A stretch of DNA of 35,379 bases from a virus. Lineage: Duplodnaviria; Caudoviricetes. The notes below the pieces were generated by a model, which was given only the letters and a program-made list of their open reading frames with translations, was not told the DNA's origin and ran no database searches. The DNA is taken from IMG/VR virus record IMGVR_UViG_3300012352_000100, positions 1-35,379 of that record; one strand, 5' to 3'. This document shows, one piece after another, positions 16,172-24,349 of the stretch. The first letter of the stretch is position 1. Every line of letters starts with the position of its first letter. A program made the position numbers and the translations under genes.

Positions 16172-16527
16172 AAGACATACCAGAAAAAGATAAGCATGCG
16201 ATACTAACATACTTTAGCCTATGCCAGGCTTTAATAAACCATATAGACGAAGGCTGGCAAGGTAACCCAGTTAACCGACAGACGGTCAAGAATAGAACCG
16301 AGGCGCTAATGAAATCGCTTGAAGGTTCGATTAACATTTTGTTTCCTAAGAATCCAGAGCTAAACGGAGGCGCTGAAGTAGTAGGACAGTTCGACGATGC
16401 TAGCCGGGCTATGATGGCGTTCTATAATTTAGGCGTTAAAATAGCTGGACTCGATGAGACTAAAAGGGAAACGCTTAATAATCAGCTTAGTATATTATTA
16501 AAGTCTTACGGGCTAGATTTGGAATAG
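16168..16527 (+). CDS. Hypothetical protein
   Basis: 119-aa ORF, ATGA overlap. Confidence 0.7.
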   Translation: MKDIPEKDKHAILTYFSLCQALINHIDEGWQGNPVNRQTVKNRTEALMKSLEGSINILFPKNPELNGGAEVVGQFDDASRAMMAFYNLGVKIAGLDETKRETLNNQLSILLKSYGLDLE

Positions 16528-16557
16528 TTAAATAATTTTTATAAACTTTGTTATATT

Positions 16558-16644
16558 AGTCTGGTGACAGAAATTTAGGAATGTAATGAATGTAATAAGT
16601 CTATAAAGCATTCTAATATATAGGTTCGAATCCTATCCAGACTA
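16558..16644 (+). ncRNA. tRNA-like element with non-canonical anticodon arm
   Basis: Acceptor stem AGTCTGG/CCAGACT, T-arm ATAGG-TTCGAAT-CCTAT, D-arm ACA..GG..TGT. The central arm GAATG/CATTC closes a 16-nt loop, so no anticodon can be assigned. No encoded CCA. Confidence 0.65.
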
Positions 16645-16793
16645 CGCAAATAGCAGAAATGCTCAATGTTTTATTATTTCAATGGGGCGTATAGAAATAA
16701 TATGACAGCACGGAAAGACGGCAATTTTTTATTGTTAATATTTGATAGACAAAATAGTTTGTTATTCATTTTAAGCGATTTTTGATAAACAAA

Positions 16794-17057
16794 ATGGAAT
16801 ACGGATTAACCATAGGAGAAACAGAACTTTTAAGAGTTAATAGTAATATGCAAATAGTAGATAATGTAAATTCGCCCCGGCACTACCAGGGAAACGGAAT
16901 AGAAGTAATCGACATAATCGAAAATTTCGAGCTAAACTTTAACCTGGGCAATACCATAAAATACGTTTTACGAGCTGGCAAGAAAGGCAATAAGAAAGAG
17001 GATTTAGAGAAGGCAGTCTGGTACTTAAAAAGAGAACTAAATAAATTCGAGGGATGA
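16794..17057 (+). CDS. DUF3310-family protein
   Basis: DNVNSPRHY...IEVIDII...FNLGNTIKYVLRAGKK...EDLEKAVWYL. Start uncertain (16782, 16794 or 16848). Confidence 0.85.
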   Translation: MEYGLTIGETELLRVNSNMQIVDNVNSPRHYQGNGIEVIDIIENFELNFNLGNTIKYVLRAGKKGNKKEDLEKAVWYLKRELNKFEG

Positions 17058-17395
17058 AACCTATACTAATTATCAGAGTACCTAAAGACGCGGTAGAATC
17101 TATACCAGTTTTAAAAGCACAGCTTTACCGTTCCTTTCGCCAGTATAAAGTAAAGGTAATTTACGATAACGAAAAACAAATAGGTTTTAATCTATCTGTA
17201 ATTAATACGACTATTAGCGCAGACGAAATTTTAGAAAAGCATATTTTAAAAATAGTCCCAGAAATTCAGTTCGAGAATTACGCGCTTAAACCTAGAGGAT
17301 GGCGCTATAGTTCTAATAGTTTACTGGATTTAATTTCCAAAGTTTTAAAAGCACGTATTAAAAATTTCTTTTACTTTGGTAAATGGGTGGATTAG
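17054..17395 (+). CDS. Hypothetical protein
   Basis: 113-aa ORF, ATGA overlap. Confidence 0.65.
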   Translation: MKPILIIRVPKDAVESIPVLKAQLYRSFRQYKVKVIYDNEKQIGFNLSVINTTISADEILEKHILKIVPEIQFENYALKPRGWRYSSNSLLDLISKVLKARIKNFFYFGKWVD

Positions 17396-17493
17396 TAGAC
17401 ACGTACGACAGCGTTTTTAAATTTGTCCTAGGATTAGAAGCCGGATTAATTCTTATGTTAGTCTTAAGGCTGTTTAAATATATTAAGAAGTGA
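17383..17493 (+). CDS. Small single-TM protein (36 aa, not in ORF track)
   Basis: MGGLVDTYDSVFKFVLGLEAGLILMLVLRLFKYIKK; its stop overlaps the GTG of the next gene. Confidence 0.5.
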   Translation: MGGLVDTYDSVFKFVLGLEAGLILMLVLRLFKYIKK

Positions 17494-18011
17494 GACCAAC
17501 GCGGAACGAAATAACCCAGGAGCTTTATACTTCCAAGGAAATCGCCTCCGCTATAGGTAAGATGCAACCGGCTAGCTTAAGAAACGAACTCAAGCAAGAG
17601 ATGTTTTTATCGCTTTGCTCAATTACAGATGAAAAGTTTTTTAATCTGTATGAAAATGGAGCTTTGAAATTCTGGCTTGTTCGATGTATGCTGAATATGA
17701 TTCGGTCTACTACGATGAACCAGCCTTTTTTTAGGAACTTCCGGGCTAAGTCTGAGAGCCTAGAAGGTTTTGAGAACATACCTAACGAAGAGCCGGACGA
17801 CAAAGAGGAACGCGAAAAGCTATTTAATTTAATAGAAGAGAATAGAAAGGATTTACACTGGTACGAAAACCAGTTACTAGACACCTGGGTAGATTTAGGA
17901 TTTAACCAGAAGGAGGTTTACCGTAAGACTAAAATTCCTTATATGTCTATAGTAAAAACGATTAGCGCAATTAAACTAAAGCTAAAGGATGAACCCACGC
18001 GAGAGAGCTAG
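17490..18011 (+). CDS. Sigma70/ECF-like transcription factor (putative late sigma factor)
   Basis: Region-2-like ELKQEMFLSL...LKFWLVRCMLNMIRS and region-4-like LHWYENQLL...GFNQKEVYRKTKIPYMSIVKTISAIKLKLK. Sits at the early/late boundary. Confidence 0.65.
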   Translation: MRPTRNEITQELYTSKEIASAIGKMQPASLRNELKQEMFLSLCSITDEKFFNLYENGALKFWLVRCMLNMIRSTTMNQPFFRNFRAKSESLEGFENIPNEEPDDKEEREKLFNLIEENRKDLHWYENQLLDTWVDLGFNQKEVYRKTKIPYMSIVKTISAIKLKLKDEPTRES

Positions 18012-18165
18012 CAGTCTTTTAAATAACGCGCTTTATTTCTGCGGAGATAAAGCAAAGGCTAAGGAATGCGCTCAGTATTTTATCCAGGTAATACTAAACG
18101 AGAATTTAAAATCGGATGACCTGGTTTTCTGGATGCTAGTAAAAGAAGAATTATTTAAGCTATGA
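17989..18165 (+). CDS. Small hypothetical protein (58 aa, not in ORF track; paralogue of 11254-11439)
   Basis: MNPRERASSLLNNALYFCGDKAKAKECAQYFIQVILNENLKSDDLVFWMLVKEELFKL; ATGA overlap with the next gene. Confidence 0.65.
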   Translation: MNPRERASSLLNNALYFCGDKAKAKECAQYFIQVILNENLKSDDLVFWMLVKEELFKL

Positions 18166-18392
18166 TAACCTTACTAGCCTCTGCTTGCTTTGCTTTGTTC
18201 TTTACGCTTAATAACTTGCACGTAAGTTTTAAAGTTAATTTTAAACCGTTCAGCTGTACGCCTTGCTTATCCGTTTGGACTGCGGGACTATTGCTTTTAT
18301 TACCAGAGTCAGTAAGTTACTACACAGCTGTAGCTTTTGGCGCTGGAGTTTGCGCTATGATAATGCGCCAGTTAATGCTTAAATTATTATGA
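18162..18392 (+). CDS. Small membrane protein with CxxC motif
   Basis: Hydrophobic segments flank KPFSCTPCLSVW. Confidence 0.7.
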   Translation: MITLLASACFALFFTLNNLHVSFKVNFKPFSCTPCLSVWTAGLLLLLPESVSYYTAVAFGAGVCAMIMRQLMLKLL

Positions 18393-18682
18393 CACAAGAA
18401 GACCGCGACTTTTGCGAACTCCATATTATTAATTTTCAATCGGTAGAGCTAGGTTTTGTAAGAAACATAGACCACCCGGTTTTAGATGAATACACTAGAA
18501 TTTATCAAAGAAATTTAAACGCAGATTTTGTATTAAATGCTTTTTGCGGAGCTTGCGTTTTCGATATGCTTAAACGCCTTAAGGCTTATTACGATAGTCA
18601 ACCAACCAACCAAACGAATGACGAAATCACAGCTAAGAATCCTCGCGGTAGGAAGCCAAAACAGCGGAGTAACGTATCATAG
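18389..18682 (+). CDS. Hypothetical protein with CxxC motif and basic tail
   Basis: FCGACV; C-terminal PRGRKPK. Confidence 0.7.
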   Translation: MTQEDRDFCELHIINFQSVELGFVRNIDHPVLDEYTRIYQRNLNADFVLNAFCGACVFDMLKRLKAYYDSQPTNQTNDEITAKNPRGRKPKQRSNVS

Positions 18683-19643
18683 ATTAGCGCTTCCTTTGTC
18701 TATCATGGCTAAGGAATACTGTCTAATTACGGATACCATAACCGAAGAGCTTTTAAAAGAAAAGAACTTTAACGTAGTAGTAGTAAATCGCTTCCTAGAA
18801 TCTACGCCCTTATTACAGCTGTTAGAATGGCGTAAGAAGTACGGCTTTAAATTAGTCGTAGATATTGACGACTTCTGGGAGCTATTCGAAAAACACCTAA
18901 GCGCTGGCACGTACAGAAAGCTAGGGGTAACGCGTATTATTAAAGACTATATTAAATACGCTGACCTGGTAACTACTACCCATAACCGTCTATACCTGGA
19001 AATTATCCGCTTAAATAAAAACTGCGTTATTTTACCTAACGCTTTGCCATTTGATAAAGACCAGTTCACAGCTGTACAGATAGAACACGATAGAGTAAAT
19101 ATAACTCATACGGGAAGTATTACGCATTACCCAGATATACAGCAACTTAAAAGACCTATAGCCGAACTGGCTAAGTCTAAAGCTTTTGTAGATTCTACCA
19201 GAATGCTACTTTGCGGATGGAATGATTTTAACAAATGGCACTGGGAGCAAATGGCTACGCTATACACTGCAAACAATAAGCTAGAGTATAAAATCCTAGA
19301 GAGCTTACCAGTCGACCTTTATATGAACTTTTACGCGGAGGCAGACATGCTTATAGTGCCTTTGCTAGACAATAAGTTTAACCGTTTAAAATCGAATCTA
19401 AAAGCCTTAGAAGCTGGAGCTAAACGAATACCTATCTTAGCTTATAATCGCGCGCCTTACGACGATATACCTACCATTTTTAAAGTAGAAAACTGGGAGC
19501 GTGATATTAGAAGAATGGCGTTTAGTAAACAGATGCGAGAGGACTACGGTCAAGCTAATGGAGACTACGTAAGACAGCATTACGACATATTTAAAATTAA
19601 TGAGGAGCGCTTCGCTACTTACTCTAAATTAATAGCTCAATAA
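18618..19643 (+). CDS. Glycosyltransferase (GT-B fold, GT4-like)
   Basis: SGVTYHRLALP...VVDIDDFW...ADLVTTT...LPNAL...PLLDNKFNRLKSNLKALEAG. ATG at 18618 preferred. Confidence 0.82.
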   Translation: MTKSQLRILAVGSQNSGVTYHRLALPLSIMAKEYCLITDTITEELLKEKNFNVVVVNRFLESTPLLQLLEWRKKYGFKLVVDIDDFWELFEKHLSAGTYRKLGVTRIIKDYIKYADLVTTTHNRLYLEIIRLNKNCVILPNALPFDKDQFTAVQIEHDRVNITHTGSITHYPDIQQLKRPIAELAKSKAFVDSTRMLLCGWNDFNKWHWEQMATLYTANNKLEYKILESLPVDLYMNFYAEADMLIVPLLDNKFNRLKSNLKALEAGAKRIPILAYNRAPYDDIPTIFKVENWERDIRRMAFSKQMREDYGQANGDYVRQHYDIFKINEERFATYSKLIAQ

Positions 19644-20176
19644 TGCCAGCAACTGAAAAGGAATTTTTTGACCATGAATTAAGTATAGGAGTAACGCCAG
19701 AGAATCCGGACTACTTCGAGCTTATGGACAGAACGGCTAACATTATTAAGAACTACGCTAGAAACGTAATCGAGATAGGCGCTGGCATGGGAACGCTAGG
19801 CGAATGCCTGGAGCATAAAGGTATAGACTACTACGGAATAGAGCCGAACAAATACCATAGAGAATTCGCTAAGTCTAGAGGTATTAACTTGCATGATTTA
19901 GGAGGTTACCCGAATCACTGCCAGCTAATAGTTAGTATTGAAGTCTTCGAACACCTAACAGACGAGCAACTAACAGACTATTTAACCAGCATAGAAGCGG
20001 ACTATTTATACTTAAGCTCTACGCCTTACCACACTACGCCAGAATTCGACGCCTGGTGGGGACATATTAACATAAAAAGCGAGGCAGAATGGATAGAATT
20101 TCTATCTAAATTCGGCTATTCGATGTACAAAAAGCTAGATATACCGACGGAATGGTCACTATTATTTAAGAAATGA
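19643..20176 (+). CDS. Class I SAM-dependent methyltransferase
   Basis: VIEIGAGMG (motif I), YGIEPN, SIEVFEHL, WGHINIK. Confidence 0.82.
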   Translation: MPATEKEFFDHELSIGVTPENPDYFELMDRTANIIKNYARNVIEIGAGMGTLGECLEHKGIDYYGIEPNKYHREFAKSRGINLHDLGGYPNHCQLIVSIEVFEHLTDEQLTDYLTSIEADYLYLSSTPYHTTPEFDAWWGHINIKSEAEWIEFLSKFGYSMYKKLDIPTEWSLLFKK

Positions 20177-20583
20177 AAGCAAGAATAGAATTAGACTTAG
20201 AAGAAATTATCCAAAAAGCCCAGGAATACGTAGATTTTTGCCTGGAATCTACTAAGGAAGTACCTACTAGTGGAGGCGTTCGCATTATTCGCGAGCGACA
20301 TATCCCTACAATAATGTACTTTTTGCTCGTTTGGATGCCTAAGCAAGACGTAAAATTCTATAAGCGTAGACAATACTACAACGTCTTAAATAAGGCAGAC
20401 CACCCGGCACACGAAACAGTCAAAGAAATAGACGAGATTTTCAGAGCGTTAGCCGCTGACATAGTAGCAAACGAAGGCAAAGGAATCTTCTACGCTAAGA
20501 ACTTACTAGGCTGGACAGACAGAGCTAAGACAGAAGAGAAACAAGAAATCAGTATTACCTACGAGAATCGACCTACCGAGTAA
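20173..20583 (+). CDS. terS: Terminase small subunit
   Basis: Immediately upstream of TerL; C-terminal GIFYAKNLLGWTDRAK.E pattern typical of TerS. Confidence 0.7.
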   Translation: MKARIELDLEEIIQKAQEYVDFCLESTKEVPTSGGVRIIRERHIPTIMYFLLVWMPKQDVKFYKRRQYYNVLNKADHPAHETVKEIDEIFRALAADIVANEGKGIFYAKNLLGWTDRAKTEEKQEISITYENRPTE

Positions 20584-21755
20584 TGGCAAAAATCAACCTA
20601 ACGCTACCCAAACCACACGCAAAGCAAGCCGAGATAATTAATTGTCCGGCTCGTTTTATTGTGGTCGATGCCGGTAGACGTTTTGGTAAATCAGTTATCT
20701 CTCAGACGATGGGAATAACAGACGCAGTAAACGGTAAGTCAGTCGCATACATTACACCAACCTACCAGCTAGCTAAAACTTTCTTTAAGGAGCTAGCTAG
20801 GAATCTACCTAAAGAGCTAGTCCGTAAGAATGAGTCCGACTTATATTTTGAATTCATAACCGGTGGAGTAATTCGCTTCTTTACTGGCGAACGCTTAGAC
20901 AATCTACGCGGTAATAAATTCCACCTGGTAGTGGTCGACGAAGCCGCATTCATTCCCGACCTAGAGGACGGCTGGAAACAAGCTATAAGAGCAACGCTAA
21001 CAGACTACAAAGGGCGGGCTATTTTTATCTCTACTCCTAGAGGTAATAATTATTTTAAGGCGCTCTTTATGAAAGGGCATGATGACCCGGACTGGGTTAG
21101 TTTTCACTTCACTAGCTACGATAACCCATATATAGACCCGGCGGAAATTGACTCCGCAAAGCGCGAGCTTCCAGAGGTCGTATTTAACCAGGAATATCTA
21201 GGGCAATTTGCAGAAAACGCAGCTAACCCGTTTGGTTCTCGCTCGATAAATGCTTGCGTTTCGGCTATGTCTACGAATCCCGTTAAATGCTACGGAATAG
21301 ACTTAGCTAAGTATTCCGACTGGACGGTAATTATCGGGCTTGATAACGCCGGGAATGTGGCTTATTTTGAACGCTTCCAAGCTGACTGGGCTAGCACACA
21401 AAACAAAATCAGAAACTTACCGCGCGCTCCTATGCTTATCGACTCCACCGGAGTAGGAGACCCAGTCGTAGAACAGTTACAAAGGGACGGTTTAGACGTC
21501 GAAAGCTTTAAATTTACTAGCCCAAGTAAACAAGAATTAATGCTAGGGCTTCAAGTCGCAATCCACCAAGAAAGAATACACTACCCAGACGGAGTAATAA
21601 AACAAGAATTAGAAGTATTTGAGTACCAGTATAGCGCCCATGGCGTTAAGTATTCCGCACCTACGGGTTTCCATGACGATACAGTCTGCGCTTTAGCTTT
21701 AGCCTGGCGTAAGTTCGACTTTAAGTCTGGCACTGGTAGGTACAATTTTATGTAA
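20583..21755 (+). CDS. terL: Terminase large subunit
   Basis: AGRRFGKS (Walker A), VVVDEAA (Walker B), ISTPRG coupling motif, nuclease motifs GIDLA, IDSTGVG, HDDTVCALALA. Confidence 0.96.
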   Translation: MAKINLTLPKPHAKQAEIINCPARFIVVDAGRRFGKSVISQTMGITDAVNGKSVAYITPTYQLAKTFFKELARNLPKELVRKNESDLYFEFITGGVIRFFTGERLDNLRGNKFHLVVVDEAAFIPDLEDGWKQAIRATLTDYKGRAIFISTPRGNNYFKALFMKGHDDPDWVSFHFTSYDNPYIDPAEIDSAKRELPEVVFNQEYLGQFAENAANPFGSRSINACVSAMSTNPVKCYGIDLAKYSDWTVIIGLDNAGNVAYFERFQADWASTQNKIRNLPRAPMLIDSTGVGDPVVEQLQRDGLDVESFKFTSPSKQELMLGLQVAIHQERIHYPDGVIKQELEVFEYQYSAHGVKYSAPTGFHDDTVCALALAWRKFDFKSGTGRYNFM

Positions 21756-21769
21756 AAGCTATTTATAAA
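21740..21769 (+). promoter_or_regulatory. Putative phage late promoter
   Basis: GTAC-N15-CTATTTATAAA; the core lies in the gap before the tail operon. Confidence 0.5.
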
Positions 21770-21774
21770 TAATT

Positions 21775-22422
21775 ATGAACTGGAAAGATGTAACTATATG
21801 GCAGTGGCAACAGATGCAGAATTTACTTACCAAAAGTAAAGACTACACCGAGCTAGACATAGCTGTAAAATCTTTGGCAATTCTGACCAACCAAACGGAA
21901 AACCAGATAGACTCTTTAACGATTAAAGAGCTAGGCAAAGAACTAGAAAAGATTCGCTTTATTACTGAGACAGAACCGCAACCAAAGCCAGCGGATTTTA
22001 TTAAGGTAGGTAAGAAGCGCTATAGATGTATTTACGACGTTCGTAAGTTACCCTATTCGCGTTACCTAGAGACTAAATTTTTCGGCTCGGATGTGACGAT
22101 GAACCTACACAAAATCGCTGCGTCTATGGTAGTGCCTATGAAGCTTACCTGGCGAGGCTGGCGAGTAGCTAAATACGACGCGAGTAAGCATGACGAATAC
22201 GCGCAAGACTTACTAGGCGCTCCGTTCGAACAAGTTTACGGGTCTGTAGTTTTTTTTTGTCAAGTATTCAGCGACTCGATAAAGAGTTTAGCGGATTATT
22301 TCAAGGAGGAAATGATGAAGGCGGGGATGACGACAGAGGAGGCAGAGACAACGGTAACGGCTTTATGCGAATCTATGGATGGATTTATCAAGCTACCCTT
22401 ATCGCCGAACACGAAAAAATAA
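21775..22422 (+). CDS. Tail assembly chaperone-like protein (unshifted product)
   Basis: Contains a T9 slippery run at 22250-22258 leading into an overlapping -1-frame ORF. Confidence 0.6.
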   Translation: MNWKDVTIWQWQQMQNLLTKSKDYTELDIAVKSLAILTNQTENQIDSLTIKELGKELEKIRFITETEPQPKPADFIKVGKKRYRCIYDVRKLPYSRYLETKFFGSDVTMNLHKIAASMVVPMKLTWRGWRVAKYDASKHDEYAQDLLGAPFEQVYGSVVFFCQVFSDSIKSLADYFKEEMMKAGMTTEEAETTVTALCESMDGFIKLPLSPNTKK

Positions 22423-22538
22423 AACTAGACGAAGTTTACCAGCTTCCGACTATCCAGGCTTTAAACGACCTGGCTTATTTAAAGAGTAAAAACGCTTACG
22501 ACAGCGAGCAATTAAAAAAAGTATATGCCAAGCATTAA
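22250..22538 (+). CDS. -1 frameshift extension of the 21775 ORF (lambda gpGT-like)
   Basis: GTT TTT TTT TGT contains T TTT TTT. The -1 frame reads ...FSGLFQGG...YGWIYQATLIA...EVYQLPTIQALNDLAYLK and overlaps the next start. Confidence 0.65.
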
Positions 22539-23205
22539 GCAAGCCCAGGACGCACTAGGAAAAGACTTCGACTTAGGAGGCTCTGCAAAAGGGGGTAACT
22601 TTGATATTAGCGCAGTCGAAAAAGTAATGCTAGACGGGGCTAATAAATTTTTCTTATTAGCACAGCAAAGAATAAGGCAGAGAAAGAAAGTAGATAAGGG
22701 AAACCTAGCTGATATAGAAGTTTTTGATTTAGAAGAAAAACAAGGGCTTTACTCTATTACTATCGGTTACCCTAGAAGTAATCCGGCTTCGGAGTATTAC
22801 GACTTTCAAAACTTAGGAGTAAGAGGTATTCAGAGTAGGAGTCCAAACTCTAAGTATAGTTTTAAAACTTTAACCGTTAGCTCTAATATGGTTAAGGCTA
22901 TAATGGCTTGGTACTTACGCCATAAAAATTATATTAGAAACGAAGACCAACCTAGTAAATTAACTGGCTTACAAGTTAAGCGCAAGAACATAACCGGAGT
23001 AGCAGACCAAACAAAAAAGCTTAGACAATTAGCGAAACGAACGGCTGAAAACATTAAAAAGAGAGGTATTCCTAGAGTAGGTTTCTTAGAAGACAATAAG
23101 GACAAAGCTTTTGGGGAAGACTTCCAGAAAAAACTTTCTATTGCTTTGGGTCAAAGCGTAGCTTTAACTATTAAAAAAACATATAATGGCTATTACAATC
23201 GCTAG
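22525..23205 (+). CDS. Putative neck/tail-completion protein
   Basis: Basic protein with YYDFQNLGVRG...IKKRGIP...FL pattern, in the morphogenesis operon. Confidence 0.5.
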   Translation: MPSIKQAQDALGKDFDLGGSAKGGNFDISAVEKVMLDGANKFFLLAQQRIRQRKKVDKGNLADIEVFDLEEKQGLYSITIGYPRSNPASEYYDFQNLGVRGIQSRSPNSKYSFKTLTVSSNMVKAIMAWYLRHKNYIRNEDQPSKLTGLQVKRKNITGVADQTKKLRQLAKRTAENIKKRGIPRVGFLEDNKDKAFGEDFQKKLSIALGQSVALTIKKTYNGYYNR

Positions 23206-24349
23206 TATTCCCCCAAGCTATTCGTCAGCTCATGACGCGCTTTGGTTTGTGGTTACTTCTGATAATTCTACACTAACGAATTTTAAATATGTCTTTGACA
23301 TTCAAGTTAACAGTGCTACAATCGCCACGCTTAAGGTATATCCTACCGACGCCGGAGTCGGAATTATTGACGTCGCTCCGTTCGTCCGTAACTATTTCGC
23401 TAGTGGTTTCAACGATGACGGCTCGGGATTTGTTAGACACGCAGACGGGTTTTTACACGTCGACTATACAATCCGTTACGGGGAAGAATACGTAACTACC
23501 GGAGGACAACTTACTACTTTTCCGAATTTAACTTCTGGAAATTACAAAGGCTGGAACTTTTCTCTAGACCCATTCAGAACGCCTATAACTACTTACGAAA
23601 ATAAGTTCTTAACTCCACGCGACAGAACCCAGGCGAAAGTAGTAAGCGGAGAAACTTTCTTAATTAGCTATTTTAATAGTGACTTAGCTAGCTCTCTTAC
23701 GGCTACTATTCAAAACCTAAACGAAGACGGCACTAATAACGGTAGCGCTTCGACTGGCTCTAACTTTTTACCTAGCGCAGTGCATGGTATAATTTTAGAT
23801 TTAAGCCCTACTGGGGTAAACGCTTACCTGGGAACTACAAAGGTTACAGCTTCTACCTACGCTTACCGAGTTAGCATAGGAGCGGACTCTATTGTAATTA
23901 CCCAAACGTGCGCGCCTAGATTTACACCGGTTCAAATTATATTCCAGAATCAGTACGGAGGCTATGACCAGATGGCGTTTAGATTATTATCTAGACAGTC
24001 TCGTAACATGGAGCGTAAGACTTACACTAGAGGAAACTACGAGCTATCCGCGTCTAATACGATGGACTACAAGGACTCTTCAAATATCATGTTTGGAGGC
24101 TCTAGAGCTTTTGCTACAAGCGTAGACTATTCTTACTCGGTAATCTCTGACTACCTAAGCGTAGCAGACTATAACCTAGGAGCTGAATTACTGGCGTCTA
24201 ACGAAGTATATTTTTCTTTTGGTGGTAACTATTACCCTATAGTATTTACGGGTACTACATGGCAAGAAAAGAATAATAGTTCGGACAAAATGTTTAACTA
24301 CGAATTAAGCTTCGATTTAGGAATCCGTCAATTTAGCCAGTTTAAATAA
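23186..24349 (+). CDS. Virion structural protein (tail tip/distal tail candidate)
   Basis: Beta-rich, with FQNQYGGYD motif, upstream of the large tail protein and tape measure. Confidence 0.55.
   Translation: MAITIASIPPSYSSAHDALWFVVTSDNSTLTNFKYVFDIQVNSATIATLKVYPTDAGVGIIDVAPFVRNYFASGFNDDGSGFVRHADGFLHVDYTIRYGEEYVTTGGQLTTFPNLTSGNYKGWNFSLDPFRTPITTYENKFLTPRDRTQAKVVSGETFLISYFNSDLASSLTATIQNLNEDGTNNGSASTGSNFLPSAVHGIILDLSPTGVNAYLGTTKVTASTYAYRVSIGADSIVITQTCAPRFTPVQIIFQNQYGGYDQMAFRLLSRQSRNMERKTYTRGNYELSASNTMDYKDSSNIMFGGSRAFATSVDYSYSVISDYLSVADYNLGAELLASNEVYFSFGGNYYPIVFTGTTWQEKNNSSDKMFNYELSFDLGIRQFSQFK

Noticed and set aside
16558-16644. Amber suppressor tRNA or stop-codon reassignment (CTA occurs in the central loop)
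   Set aside because: The loop is 16 nt, not 7. Genes are intact under the standard code, and TAG ends several ORFs just before the next start (e.g. 10835, 15578).
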